A stretch of DNA of 64,000 nt from Felis catus (GCF_018350175.1 NC_058368.1:141112001-141176000); one strand, 5' to 3'. Positions 1 through 11,851 are shown, counted from the stretch's first letter. Numbers and translations are program-made. The notes: generated from the sequence alone by a model not told the origin.

Positions 1-260
1 AGCTGGTGGGTTGGCCGATTTCTCATTGAGGGCCGGAAGGCTGTGGCTCCGTTAACTCAGGAGGTGGGGTGGATATCATTGAGAGCATTGGGTGGCGAGT
101 CTGAATGAAATCTGAGCACGGGGCTGGATTTGTCTGCCCTGCAGGTGAATGGTGCAGCCCCGGTGCAAGGATACGATAGTGCCTCGTATTCAGCGTTTCA
201 CCTGGGAAGGCCAGCCAAGCTGCACGGAGTCTTAGCCACAGGGATCGAGTGTGGGGATTT
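1..260. promoter_or_regulatory. CpG-enriched segment, probable downstream shore of a CpG-island promoter
   Basis: About 11 CpG in the first 250 bp versus CpG depletion elsewhere; ETS-type CCGGAAG near 33-39. Confidence 0.4.
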
Positions 261-1391
261 GTGAATGAATAAGGGTGTTTGTGTTTTGTGGAGAGACATA
301 GGAAGGGACTAGAGGAAGGAGACTAGAGTGAGACCTGTTCTTTGTCACTTCTTGGGGATGGCTGCATCCTGGACATAATTGGGTGAACCTGGCTGTGAGT
401 TTGGAGGGTCAGCTGAGCTACAGTGAGGGGAAGTGGCTTCCAGCGCAGTGCAGCTGTCTGAAGACGAAGATTCTGAACATGCATTTCATCTAACAGGAGA
501 GTGGAATTTTGAGGAAGTGGAAAAAATTGTTTAAATGATTAAAGCAGTCACTAGCAATTTCTTTAATGACAGAAGAAAAGCGATTGTTTTAATAGGCCCA
601 CCTGTTCTCAAAATACTGTTAAATTCAAGAGGGTTTTAATTGTGTAAATCTGGCCACTGGGCCTTTTATCATTGTAGCAAACAGAATGACAATGACACAT
701 CCCGTTGTGCAAAGGAAAAAAAATACATCTCTATGACTGGTCATGTTACTTAGAATCGCAGCTTTTACGTGGGCAATTGATTACTAGGAACCATTGCAAG
801 GATTATTTGAGAAAGACACAATTGTATGTTTGACACTTGAGAAGTTGTTCAACAGTTGGCCTAGTGTGAGTAGGCTCCTAGTCTTGATTGGATAAAGCCA
901 GCCTTCAGTGGAAGGGTGAAGAGTGCCATGTAGGGTTTCAGTCTGGGAGACCAAAAGCTTCTTTTAGTGAACTTACCGTAACAGCGTCTGATTTTGAACA
1001 CGAAGCTTAACCAGATTTATTTATAGTTGTGGTATTTCTCTGGTAATAATCACATAATATGATAATATGATAATTACTATAATGAAAATGCCGTTTATTG
1101 AGTACCTATGGTGTACCAGGTATAAGCTTTCTCTTCTAGCTCTTGAATATTAACTGTATGATGACAGAATATCCAAAGACTGGAGACCTGGATTCATGAC
1201 AGTACAACTTATCAGTTGAATATTTGTTATAGAGGCATGTGCTGAACATTATATTTTTCTTTTGTTAAGCTTCCCTCCCTCCGCCCACTGGTTCATGGGG
1301 TGGGGGGAGGGCATTAGCAACGTAATGGGATTAAAATGTTATATTTGGTGAAATAATTAAAAAGGGATATTATTTAAAAAAATAGCCTTTT

Positions 1392-1601
1392 GGGGTGCCT
1401 GGGTGGCTCAGTCAGTTGGGCTTTCGACTGACTCAGGTCGTGATCTCACGGTTTGTGGGTTCGAGCCCCGCGCTGTACTCTGTACTGACAACTCAGAACC
1501 TGGAGTCTATTTTGGATTCTGTGTTTCCTCCTGTCTCTGCCCCTCCCCTGCTTGCGTTCTGTGTGTCTCTGTCGAAAATAAATAAACATTAAAAGAAAAA
1601 A
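1392..1601 (+). mobile_element. CanSINE (SINEC_Fc-like)
   Basis: GGGGTGCCTGGGTGGCTCAGTC head, GGTTCGAGCCC B-box, CT-rich tract, AATAAA and A tail; TSD about AATAGC(C/T)TTT. Confidence 0.95.
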
Positions 1602-2283
1602 TTATTTAATAGCTTTTGATTTCTCATTGAACAGGAAATTCGAAGATATGAAGTAGTTCAGACTGGTGACAACTTATGAACTCTGTGATCATTTTTTGGT
1701 TGTGTAAGCGAAAATGTATATTTTTGCCTTTTAGAGTAGCAAGAATCCCAATTTACTACCTGGCAACTTTAGCTATTCCATGTTTGTTTATTGAAAGAAT
1801 CATGAATGAATTCACTCTCCAAGTTTTAATACTTCCCTCAAGAGGCTCCTTAGCAATGGAGTAAAAACTGGAGGGAAAATGAGTCCCAATTATTAGCAGC
1901 TAGTATAAACTTGTAGAAATATCATTGCTGCTTGACTGAAGTGTTAAAGGCTTGACCTGAATAGGAATTTAACTCACATTGCTTTATCAACAGGATTTCC
2001 AAATAAGAGCTTAATTAAGTCCAACCCTTTACTAAGAATGCTGGGAATGAAACTGCTGGTTCAGTAATTCAATGCTAAGTTGCATGTGTAGATCTCAGAA
2101 ACTGTGTATTTGAAATTAAATTTGAGACCAGAGTTACTATTTTACACAAATCATAAAGAATTATTATCACAGACTTGCTTTAGTATATTTAGTAGTATTC
2201 TTTTGGGACTTGTGACTCAAGGTAGTATTATCTTTTCCAATATTCACATGTTCCATACTCTTGTGGATGAGTTAATTTTATTA

Positions 2284-2512
2284 TTTTTAAAAAAAAAATT
2301 TTTTTTTCAACGTTTATTTATTTTTGGGACCGAGAGAGACAGAGCATGAACAGGGGAGGGGCAGAGAGAGAGAGGGAGACACAGAATCAGAAACAGGCTC
2401 CAGGCTCTGAGCCGTCAGCCCAGAGCCCGACGCGGGGCTCGAACCCACGGACCGCGAGATCGTGACCTGGCTGAAGTCGGGCGCTCAACCGACTGCGCCA
2501 CCCAGGCGCCCC
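2284..2512 (-). mobile_element. Young felid SINEC_Fc
   Basis: CpG-rich, near-consensus copy; TSD GTTAATTTTAT. Confidence 0.97.
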
Positions 2513-2758
2513 ATGTTAATTTTATAAAAACTTTACTTCCATTTTTTTTTTAGAATAAGAATTCTTCTGCCTTAACAGTTTGAGATAGTTGCTCGTCATG
2601 CCTCCCCTCCCCCTTTCCCTAAATGCTCAGGTGGAAAAATAAAGTCTTTGCCATTTGGTTCTATTTACAGTGGTAGTGGGTTGTCATAGTTTATTTTATT
2701 TTATTTTTTAATTTCCTCTTTGTACATCAGTTCCAAACCATATTCTCATTATCTGCTT

Positions 2759-2924
2759 NNNNNNNNNNNNNNNNNNNNNNNNNNNNNNNNNNNNNNNNNN
2801 NNNNNNNNNNNNNNNNNNNNNNNNNNNNNNNNNNNNNNNNNNNNNNNNNNNNNNNNNNNNNNNNNNNNNNNNNNNNNNNNNNNNNNNNNNNNNNNNNNNN
2901 NNNNNNNNNNNNNNNNNNNNNNNN
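2759..2924. other. Assembly gap (166 N)
   Basis: Run of N. Confidence 1.
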
Positions 2925-3394
2925 TACAAGCATTAATAATTCATTATGCAGTACAATGATATCATATGGGTTTCCATTTCTGGTAAGAAGTTAGATTTGT
3001 CTCCCAATTGCTGTAAAAATGCAACTTCCGTGTAATTTGTCTCCCTCTGGTTTGCCTTTTTAAAAATAGTACTCCAGCAGGAGACGGCTGCAGAATGCCC
3101 GCTCCTCATACTGTACCAGTTGTCTAATTCTTGTTCGGAATTCCTGAGGAGATGGTCGAACCTGTCTCTGAGAAGATCAGGTGGTTCTTGTAAGTCTTCT
3201 TTTCTCATACCAGCTGCTGCAGCTGGGAGGCAGGCAGGACGAAGCAGCCAGTTACAACTGTCTGCCTTGACAGTATAGTCAACTTGCAGCTGTCTCTGGG
3301 TGGGTTAACTATTGTGGATCAGGCGCAGGACCTTGTTAGTTTCCAAATGATTCTGTGTTGATAGGCAGCATCACCAACTCCCTTTTTTCCCCTC

Positions 3395-3475
3395 TATTCA
3401 TCATGCTCATTTATTCACTCAGCCAGTGTTGGTGCCATACTCCGTTGTAGATGCTGGGGATTCAGTGAATATCCG
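3395..3475 (-). mobile_element. L2 3'-end fragment
   Basis: ATTCATC...TTTATTCA...GATGCTGGGGATTCAG resembles an antisense L2 tail. Confidence 0.45.
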
Positions 3476-3704
3476 TGAACTTTGGTAAGCAGAGCCTAAC
3501 GCGGATTCTTTTAAGAGGGTGCGCCTGAGTCACTAACGACTTCTATGTTATCCATCCCATGGCTTTCTGAATCAGTGAGGGCAAACCCAAATTGATTGTA
3601 TATAAAAGGAAAAATATTTTTCTGACCTTATGATAATTAATAAAAACTAATAATTTTGGTAGTTATTTGGAGGAGGGATAAACCATTTTGAAAAAGTCAT
3701 TTTT

Positions 3705-3826
3705 GTTCTCTATTTAGTGTATATCAGAATCACCTGGAAGGCTTGTTAAAATGTGGATTGCTTGGCCCCATTCCCAGAGTTTCTGATTTACTAGGCTTTG
3801 GGTAAGCCCTGACAATTTGGATTTTT
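3705..3826. mobile_element. MER5A (hAT-Charlie), left part, interrupted by L1
   Basis: ATCAGAATCACCTGGAAGGCTTGTTAAAA...CCCAGAGTTTCTGATT motif. Confidence 0.8.
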
Positions 3827-4394
3827 TAAAATTTAAATTGTAGTTAACATACAGTGAAATAGTGGTTTTATGAGTAGAATCAGTGCTTCATCACTTATAA
3901 CACCCAGTGATCATCCCAACAGGTGCCTTTCTTAATACCATCACCCATCTAGGCCATCCCCCCACCCACCTCCCTCCATCAACCCTCAGTTTGTTCTCTA
4001 TCATTAAGAGTCTCTTGTGGTTTATTTCCTCTCTTCTCTCCGACCTCCCTTCGCATGTGTTCATCTGATTTGTTTCTTAAATTGCACATATGAGTGAAAT
4101 CATGGTATTTGTCTTTCTCTGATTGACTTCTTTTGCTTAGCATACGTTCTAGCTCCATCCACATCATTGCAAATTGCAAGATTTCATTCTTTTTGATGGT
4201 TGAGTAATATTCTGCTGTGTGTGTGTGTGTGTGTGTGTGTGGTTGTGTGTCCCCCACATCTTCTTTATCCATTTATTAGTCAGTGGACCTTTGGGCTCTT
4301 TACATAGTTTAGCTGTTGTTGATAATGCTGCTATAAACAGTGGGGTGCATGTACCCCTTTGAATCTCTATTTTTCTATCCTGTGGTAAATTCCT

Positions 4395-4442
4395 TTCTTT
4401 AAATTTTTTAATTTTTTAATTTTTTTTTCAATATATGAAATC
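4395..4442 (-). mobile_element. 48-bp ultra-truncated L1 tail insertion
   Basis: T-rich tail plus AATATATGAAAT, flanked by exact 13-bp TSD GTGGTAAATTCCT (4382-4394, 4443-4455). Confidence 0.8.
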
Positions 4443-4622
4443 GTGGTAAATTCCTAATAGTGCAAATGCTGGATTGTTGGGTAGTTCTTTTTAACTTTTT
4501 GAGGAACCTCCGTACTGTTCTCCAGAGTGGCTGCTCCAGTTTGCCTTCCCACCAACAGTGCAAGAAGGTTCCCCTTTCTCTGCATCCTCACCAACACCTG
4601 TTGTTTCTTGTGTTATTAATTT

Positions 4623-4774
4623 NNNNNNNNNNNNNNNNNNNNNNNNNNNNNNNNNNNNNNNNNNNNNNNNNNNNNNNNNNNNNNNNNNNNNNNNNNNNNN
4701 NNNNNNNNNNNNNNNNNNNNNNNNNNNNNNNNNNNNNNNNNNNNNNNNNNNNNNNNNNNNNNNNNNNNNNNNNN
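4623..4774. other. Assembly gap (about 152 N) inside L1
   Basis: Run of N. Confidence 1.
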
Positions 4775-5255
4775 CTTAACTGGGTTGTTTATTTTGAGGG
4801 GTGTTGAGTTATGTTCTTTATAGATTTTGGATACTAACTCTTCATCAAATATGTCATTGCAAATATATTCTCCCATTCTGTAGGCTACCTTATTTTGTTC
4901 ATTGTTTTCTTCACTGTGCATAAGCTTTTCATCTTGATGAGGTCCTAATATTTTAGGTTTGCTTTTGTTTCCCTTGCATTTGGCGATGTGTCTAGTAAGA
5001 AATTGCTGAAGCCAAGGTCAGAGAGGTTGCCCCTTGTTTTCTCCTGTAGGATTTTGATGGTTTCCTGCCTCACATTTAGATCTTTCATCCATTTTGAATT
5101 TATTTTTGTGTATGGTGTAAGAAAGTGGTCTAGTTTCATTTTTGTGCATGTCACCATCTATTTTTCCCAACACCTTTTTGTTGAAGAGACTGTCTTTTTT
5201 CCATTGGATATTCTTGCCTGCTTTGTAGAAGATGAGTTGACCCTATAGTTGTGGG

Positions 5256-5332
5256 GAGAACTGGGAGTTTAAACAAGCTTTGAGGATATGTTGGTGTTGC
5301 TGATCTGGGAACCACACTTTGAGAACCAGTGC
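5256..5332. mobile_element. MER5A, right part
   Basis: AACAAG...GCTGATCTGGGAACCACACTTTGAGAACCAGTG terminal motif. Confidence 0.8.
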
Positions 5333-6185
5333 TTTTAAATGAATTGACTTTTGACATTATGTGGGGCTACCTCTAGCAGAGTGGCTAGTACTGCATGTAT
5401 TTGAGATATTAGTCATAAACCCCGCCTTCATTGTAGTTTGCTTCTGTATGGGCAGCTTCTCATACCCGTTTATGAAGTCGGACTCAGAGCCTACAGGGTT
5501 GGCTGTAAAGTGTCTAAATGGGGAGAGTGTTAGATCATGTAGTCCCGCTCTGGTTTCTTGAGGTTTGACTTCTCCTCAGGATCCATTGGGGTTTGCAAGT
5601 CCTTATATCTTGCTTTGCCATCATAGCCACTTGCGTGTCTCTGCCCTGCTTGGGCCATGTCCTGCATGATGGGAAATTGCAAGGCAAGGGGGAGTTTAAG
5701 ATGTGTTGACATGGCATGATCCAGGCTCAAATTCAGTTCTCAGCTTTTGGAGTCCTTGCTAGTCCTTTTCACCAGTTTTTCCTTATTAAATGGAGCATAA
5801 AGTTTAGTAAGCCCAAATGAGTCTTGCAAATTGATTTAGTAAAACTCAAATTTCTTTTCTGCCATAGTTCATCTCATCACAGTTTAGTCCCCCCTCCTTT
5901 CTTCCAATGTGTTAATTATAGTCAGTGAGCAAACTTTCCTAATTTTCACTGCCTTCCTCTGTAGTTACACTAAATTTTAAGAAATATCAGGTGATTCTCC
6001 TTTTGACTTTGTTAAGTAAGTCTTCTAACGGGGAAGTGTAATGTAGTGTAAGATGCTGACTTTCAGAGGTGATACTTGTCTACAGAAACCACACCCTGTT
6101 GACCACCAGTCAGGACTTGGGCTAAAGCAGGATGGGACATGCTGGTGAGGGCAGAACAGACCCTATGGTACCAGGTTGGTGAGGG

Positions 6186-6285
6186 GTGATGTTGAGCATC
6201 CTTTCATGTGTCTGTTAGCCATCTGGATGTCTTCTTTGGAAAAGTGTCTGTTCGTGTCTTTTGCCCATTTCTTAACTGGGTTGTT
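6186..6285 (-). mobile_element. Isolated 100-bp L1 ORF2 fragment
   Basis: GTGATGTTGAGCATCCTTTCATGTGTCTGTTAGCCATCTGGATGTCTTCTTTGGAAAAGTG is typical carnivore L1; no tail or TSD. Confidence 0.9.
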
Positions 6286-6599
6286 AAGAATTAGAATCGG
6301 AAGAAGGGAGTGAGCCCTATAGAACCAGGTGGGAAGACAGAGTCCAGAGTGTGGAGGAGCAGGTGAGCCTTTCAGGGCTAGATGGACAAGTCAAATCTGG
6401 AATTTAGAAGCTCAGTAAAGGCGACTGCTGTGAAGTTAGGTTGAGACTTCGGATTGGGGAACAGAAGGTGTTTACTTTCGGTTCTGTTTGAGGTCCCCTG
6501 CTAAGTGTAAAGAGCTTAGGACCGACAGGAGATGCCAGTGACCAGTCAGAGGACTGTGATTAAACCCTGTAACTAGGTGAGGCAAGACTAGCCACCCAA

Positions 6600-6990
6600 G
6601 CCATTTGGGCAGGAAACAGATCGCATATATACAAGGATTTAATTGAAACTAATGTAATGAAGAGACTATATCAGATGTGTCTTCAGGATGAAAGGAAATC
6701 AACAAATGATGTGGAAGCCCTTTAAGGCCAGAAGAAGAGGGTACTGTTAACACCTGGAAGAGGTAACAGGAGGGAATGATTATGGGAACTTGAGAACTCA
6801 AACCTACTGGACAGGGAAGCCCCCAGAAGGTGTGGTCTTAAGGAGGAATGCAGTGAGTAGAGGCCTGGGCCTGGCATGGGGAGTCAAAGGAGTACATACC
6901 TTCATGCTGTTGTTCTCCATCCAGTGACATTTTTGTCCAAACACACCTGGAAAACAGAGGGCAAGGGAGCCCGCTGATTTTTCCAGAGTA
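6600..6990 (-). mobile_element. Old ERVL solo LTR (LTR33/LTR41-like)
   Basis: CCAAACAC...AGAGGGCAAGGGAGCCC motif. Confidence 0.45.
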
Positions 6991-7194
6991 GGATAGAGAA
7001 TATCCTGGTCATACCAAGAAGGCCGTCTGTAACAAATGTTAGAAGATATTCGACATCATTAGAGGTGCCCTAGTAAGCTCAAATTAAGATGGGCAATTTT
7101 GACAATTTTCTGAAAGAATAACATTTTTATTTTAGTTTTATTTATTTTTTTAAAGATCAGAAGATACTTTCTTTTCCTTATTCTCATTTTCTTC

Positions 7195-7368
7195 TTTTAT
7201 TTTTTTAAGTTCTTTATTTTTGAGAGAGGGGTGGGGGCAGGGGTGGGGGTAGGCAGAGAGAGGGGGAGACACAGAATCCCAAGCAGGCTCTGTACCTACA
7301 GCACAGAGCCCAATACAGGGCTTGAACCCACGAACCGTTAGATCATGACCTGAGCACCCAGGCACCCC
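7195..7368 (-). mobile_element. CanSINE with internal deletion
   Basis: CanSINE body; head shortened to GACCTGAGCACCCAGGCACCCC. Confidence 0.9.
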
Positions 7369-7612
7369 TCTTTTTTATTTTTATTTTTATTTATTTATCT
7401 TTTAGAGAGCGCGTACACACATGGGTAAGATGGGCAGAGAGGGTAAAGGGCGGCGGGGGGTGGGGGGGAGAAAGGGAGGGAGGGAAGGAGGGAATGTTAA
7501 GCAGGCTCCATGCTGAGCCCCACTGTGGGGCTTGATCCCATGACCTTGGGATCCTGACCTGAGCCAAAATCAAAAGTTGGACCCTCAACTGACTGAGCCA
7601 CCCAGGCCCCCC
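7369..7612 (-). mobile_element. CanSINE, tandem with the previous copy
   Basis: Ends GACTGAGCCACCCAGGCCCCCC; G-rich middle; T-rich tail. Confidence 0.9.
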
Positions 7613-7769
7613 AATAGTGGCATTTTTAAATGGTCAGTTAATTTATTGTTTGTTTTCTTTGTAATGACTAATATTAAAATATGTCCATTTACCTTGTTGG
7701 GAGACCTCTAAAGTTATTGCTACAAACATGTCCTCCTCCTTGTTCATTCTCTGCCCTGGCTCTCCTTGG

Positions 7770-8135
7770 ACACTTTCTTACCTTTGGCTACTATAACAAA
7801 ATACCATCGGCAGGATAGCTTAAATAACAGACATTTCACACTGTTCTGGAGGCTGGAAAGTTAAGATCAAGGTGCTGGCAGATTCTGTGCCTTGTGAGAG
7901 TTTTCTTCCTGGCTTTCAGATGGCCACCATCTTGTTGTGTCCTCACCTGCCAGAGAGTAAGCAAGCTGTGGTGTTTCTTCTTCTTCTCACAGGACACTAA
8001 TCCCATCATGAGAACCCCACCCTCATGACCTCCTTTACATCTCATTACCTCCCAAAGGTCCCACTTCTAAATACCATCAGGATTAGGGCTGCAACATAGG
8101 GATTTTGGAGGATACAAATGTTTGGTCTCTAATAG
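7770..8135 (-). mobile_element. MLT1A-like MaLR solo LTR
   Basis: GCTACTATAACAAAATACCAT...TTCTGGAGGCTGGAAAG...AAGATCAAGGTGCTGGCAG...TAATCCCATCATGAG motifs. Confidence 0.85.
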
Positions 8136-8655
8136 AAATGTCTCTGCTCTCCCCTTGGCTCACTGTCCCCTCTCCCATTGATCTCAAAGCCCAGGAAGAG
8201 GCTGTGGAGGGAGAAAGTACTCTAAGGTTGAAGTACCCTAAATGGGAACCCAGTTTAGCCAGTTTATTACATTATTGGTCAGGTTGTACTTTCCTGCTCC
8301 CTGCTTCAGAAAGTTGATAAACAAGTTTCACCATGTGTTTACAAGCTGATATTTTCAATAAAGAATACTTGTATTGAAAACACATTTGAAAATGTTCAAA
8401 TGTGCTTAGGAGTTCGTTTTTAGAAATAAATATTACCTGTAATGCAGTGGAAATCTGGGTACTTATGTTTTGATAAAAAACATCTGATGGAAAATACCAC
8501 TTTTTAACAAGTTGGAGTATTGAGAATTGGGTCTTGATAGCTTCCTCTCCATTTTCTCTCTTTTCCCACTCGTGGATAAAAGCTAGCTTTTATTTAGGAT
8601 TATGTTGCTTTACCATTTACCATTCTCTTCTTTGATCTCCTTTCTGCCCCCTTAG

Positions 8656-8820
8656 GGACAGTTCACAGAAAAGTAGTTGAGAACCTTGTGATTGCTGTGA
8701 TAAAAATCAAGAGACTGTTTTACTTTTGGATAATCCATCAATGAAAGAATACTTAATGGTTATCTCTTATTTCCAAGAGAATTCAAATTTTCATGTATGG
8801 TTTGTACATTTTGCAACAAG
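8656..8820 (+). other. Putative spliced exon (165 nt), likely 5'UTR or non-coding
   Basis: Long polypyrimidine tract plus CTTAG acceptor (8651-8655); AAG|GTATGT donor at 8820/8821; repeat-free; stops in all three frames. Confidence 0.5.
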
Positions 8821-8864
8821 GTATGTAGAATGCATATAATAATATTAGGCGTTGTTAAAGTCCT

Positions 8865-9040
8865 TGCTGTTTACAGACCACTTCGTAAACATTGTTTCAC
8901 CTAATCTACTTAAAAAAACACTATGAGCTAAAAATTGTCTTCACCATTTTACAAAAGAGGAAAGCGATACTGTGCAGGGGGATAAATTGCTCAAGGTGAG
9001 AACTGAAATTTGAGTGAAGATTGTTTGAATCCAACTCAGA
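8865..9040 (-). mobile_element. MIR
   Basis: CCATTTTACAAAAGAGGAAA...TTGCTCAAGGT core. Confidence 0.6.
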
Positions 9041-11054
9041 ACCACCTACTGCACTTTACTGTCTCCCATACCAGCATGAAGGCGCGAGTAAGCATGGCTG
9101 CTACTAGAACTGTCTATGGAGTTACTTAGAGCTGAGTGGTGATAAACAGGTTGGGTGGGGGTGGTAGTCGGGGGGCCTTGTGGGTGAGGTTTTTCACATC
9201 CACTGTCATCCCTTCTATTAGCTTGAACTGGTAGTTGTTTTGAGATGAGTGGAGAGTGTAAAACGTGTACAAAATTGGAGAAGCTTTGGCAGACCATGTT
9301 GCCATTGTTTTTAACTGAACATAGTACTTGGCACTTTGTAAGTGTCGTACAAATATTAGCTCCCAATAATCTTGCCGTTGCTATGATTTCTGTTTTGTAA
9401 TTAAAACAAGATTTTGGTTATTTAGATTTTGACATTTTTGAGACACATATTTGTGTTTTATTCCACTTACAAGTAGATTGATTTGGCCAATGTAGGTGAC
9501 TAACTAGATTTAAATATAGATGTGTTATCCTGAAGCTTTGGAAACTGCTGCTGCAGACATGGGTTTGATCTGTATCTGTTGAATTTCCAAAGGAGACGGC
9601 ATGGTAGAATGTTGCCAATCCAAGGTGGAAGCTGGGGTTTGGCTCCCATGGCATCCAGAAGCTGCACAAAGCTTCTGCCTTCAAAGACCGAGGCCTTGGG
9701 GTCATCTCGAGGTGGTTCTGTGTGGAATTCTTTGGCGTAAACCTATAACCTAAAGCTTTAGTCTACAAACTGGGCTTAAAGCCATTTTGCATACGCTCTG
9801 TTGCTTTTTATATTGCTGCATTTCAGGTGCTGTCATTTGTGGTCTACTGTTGAAAAAAACCCAATATGTTATAAATGTAAGACCGAGAGGAAGGTGTAAT
9901 GATTAGCTACTGGGACTGGCTTGACTGTGTGAGTCAGAAAACTGAAAGAAGACCCCAAATGTTGGGAATTTCTACAGGAAGACACATGGGAGATTTTTTA
10001 GCAACCTATCATGCAGGGTAACATGGATAAAAAGAAAAGTGCTGTTTTCTGACATCAGATCCACAAATAACATTAAAGTTGTAGACCTGGAAGGTGATGA
10101 GTTCAGAGTCGGTGGGGCTTTTGTCCATGTCCGAGTTCCTGCTGAGGGAGCTTCAAGTAAGAGCAAAGGCCACATAGAAAGGAAAGTACCAGTTTATGGA
10201 GGCTGGTAATGACCCAATAGCCCAAACCACACTTAGGAGTGGTTTTGGGGCCATATGAGACTCATCTTCATTTTTAGCTTACAAAATCGATTGACAATCT
10301 TGGCCTAGAAACTGGCTGTGATGAAAGCAAAAGCTGCCCCATCTGTTGATGCTTCAGAAGCCTTAATAGTGTTTTGATCTGAGCCGTAGCTGGAACTGAA
10401 AGTTTTTCTTTGCCCCCACGATCTGATAACAAACTCTGGATATAATATCTCCTTCCCAGAGTTCCCTTGAGAGTGACTCCCAAAACAGTGGTAGCCACGT
10501 AAAGGTAGAACAGAGCAAAGAATCAGCTTTGTCAGTGGTGGGGCAAGCATTGGAGTCCACCATGTGAATACTCTGGGAGGCGGTGCTGGGGCAGGAGGCT
10601 GAGGCTGATGGCTTTTCATGAAGCTTCGTGCCCTGTTCCTCCCAAATGTACGAGCTGTTCTGGGACCCTATATACATTGGATCCCCACAGGCCCCTCTGT
10701 CTCTGTGGTCGGCTTCTTTGTCCATTTATTGAGTCACGAGTGTTGCCCTGGGTGAACTTTGCAAAGCCCAGCACCCCTTTCTGCAGTGATATGGCTCCTT
10801 AGGACCGTGAGACTTCAGGGCTGGCTGAGTGGTCAGGGAGCCTTCATCCCTTTCGGAGGAGCTGGTGAAAGGAAGGGAGTGTGGTGCATTATCCTGACCT
10901 CCCTAAGGACATTGGCAGGGTGGAGTGTTGCAGGCACATTCACCCCTCATCTTTGTGGAAATTTTCAAGAAGGGGGAAGAAGGTGGAACAAACGGCTAGA
11001 ACCACTTCCTTGTGTCAAAGGTGAGAACTTTGAATCAAAAAAAAAAAAATCAGG

Positions 11055-11225
11055 TCAGGTCATGGTCTCAACAGTCATGGGATCAAACCCAGAATCAGGA
11101 TCTGTGTTGGGCATGGAGCCTGCTTGTGATTCTCTCTCTCTCCGCCCGCCCCCCCTCTCTGCCCACCCCCCACTCATGTGCCCGTGCTCTCTCTCTCTCT
11201 CTTAAAATAAATAAACTTAAAAACA
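11055..11225 (+). mobile_element. 5'-truncated CanSINE
   Basis: TCAGGTCATGGTCTC...GGAGCCTGCTTG...CT tract, AAATAAATAAAC tail. Confidence 0.85.
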
Positions 11226-11851
11226 AATCTGGAAATACTTTGGCTTAACATAAAAGACAACCCTCACATTTATATGCAGATTATATGACAAAAATACTTT
11301 GTAAGCCATCTAGTTGGTATTGAGAAAGGATTTTCATATAGAAGCAATGTTATATGTGGCATTTAGGTTTCTGGGTTAACCCAAAAAAGTATGTAGACCA
11401 TTATGTAGCTGGAGTATATTTACAGTGTTGTGATAGAAACGTAAAATTGAATTAGAACTAGTGTTTCTTTTGTACATGTGTCTTTTGGGAGAAGCGGGTT
11501 TAATTAGAGGGTGAGGAAGCAGACGAGGGAGAGCCTGTGCCACTCCCTCAGGGAGTGGTTATCCTGCCTGATGGTTGGTGTTCTGAGGAGGTGAGGGAGA
11601 GAGCTGGGGTGCAGGGCCCATGAGGGACTCAGAGCGATGCTGTGACACTGCCCTGTTTTCATTCTGCTAGTTCACCTCCAAAGGCACTAAAGGGGTGTGT
11701 CTTGTTTCTTTTAGGTGCTCGTTTTTTTTTGTTGTCTACAAATATTTCTGCATATATCTTAATTCTTAAATTCTTAAAAAAATTCTTAAAAGAATTCTTG
11801 AAAAAACCCAACAACCCACAAAGCCATTATACGCCAGAAATTGAATGACTG

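Larger units (their letters stand above)
3827..5255 (-). mobile_element. Carnivore L1, 5'-truncated (3' ORF2 plus 3'UTR)
   Basis: Minus-strand ORFs with L1 ORF2 C-terminal peptides ([22 protein letters not shown]; EYYSTIKKNEIL); internal (TG)n at about 4216-4240; contains an N gap. Confidence 0.95.

Noticed and set aside
2708-2959. ORFs made of X residues (also near 4.6 kb and 53.6 kb)
   Set aside because: Artefacts of N gaps
10274-10725. Three overlapping minus-strand ORFs as a pseudogene
   Set aside because: No recognisable protein, no poly(A) tail or TSD
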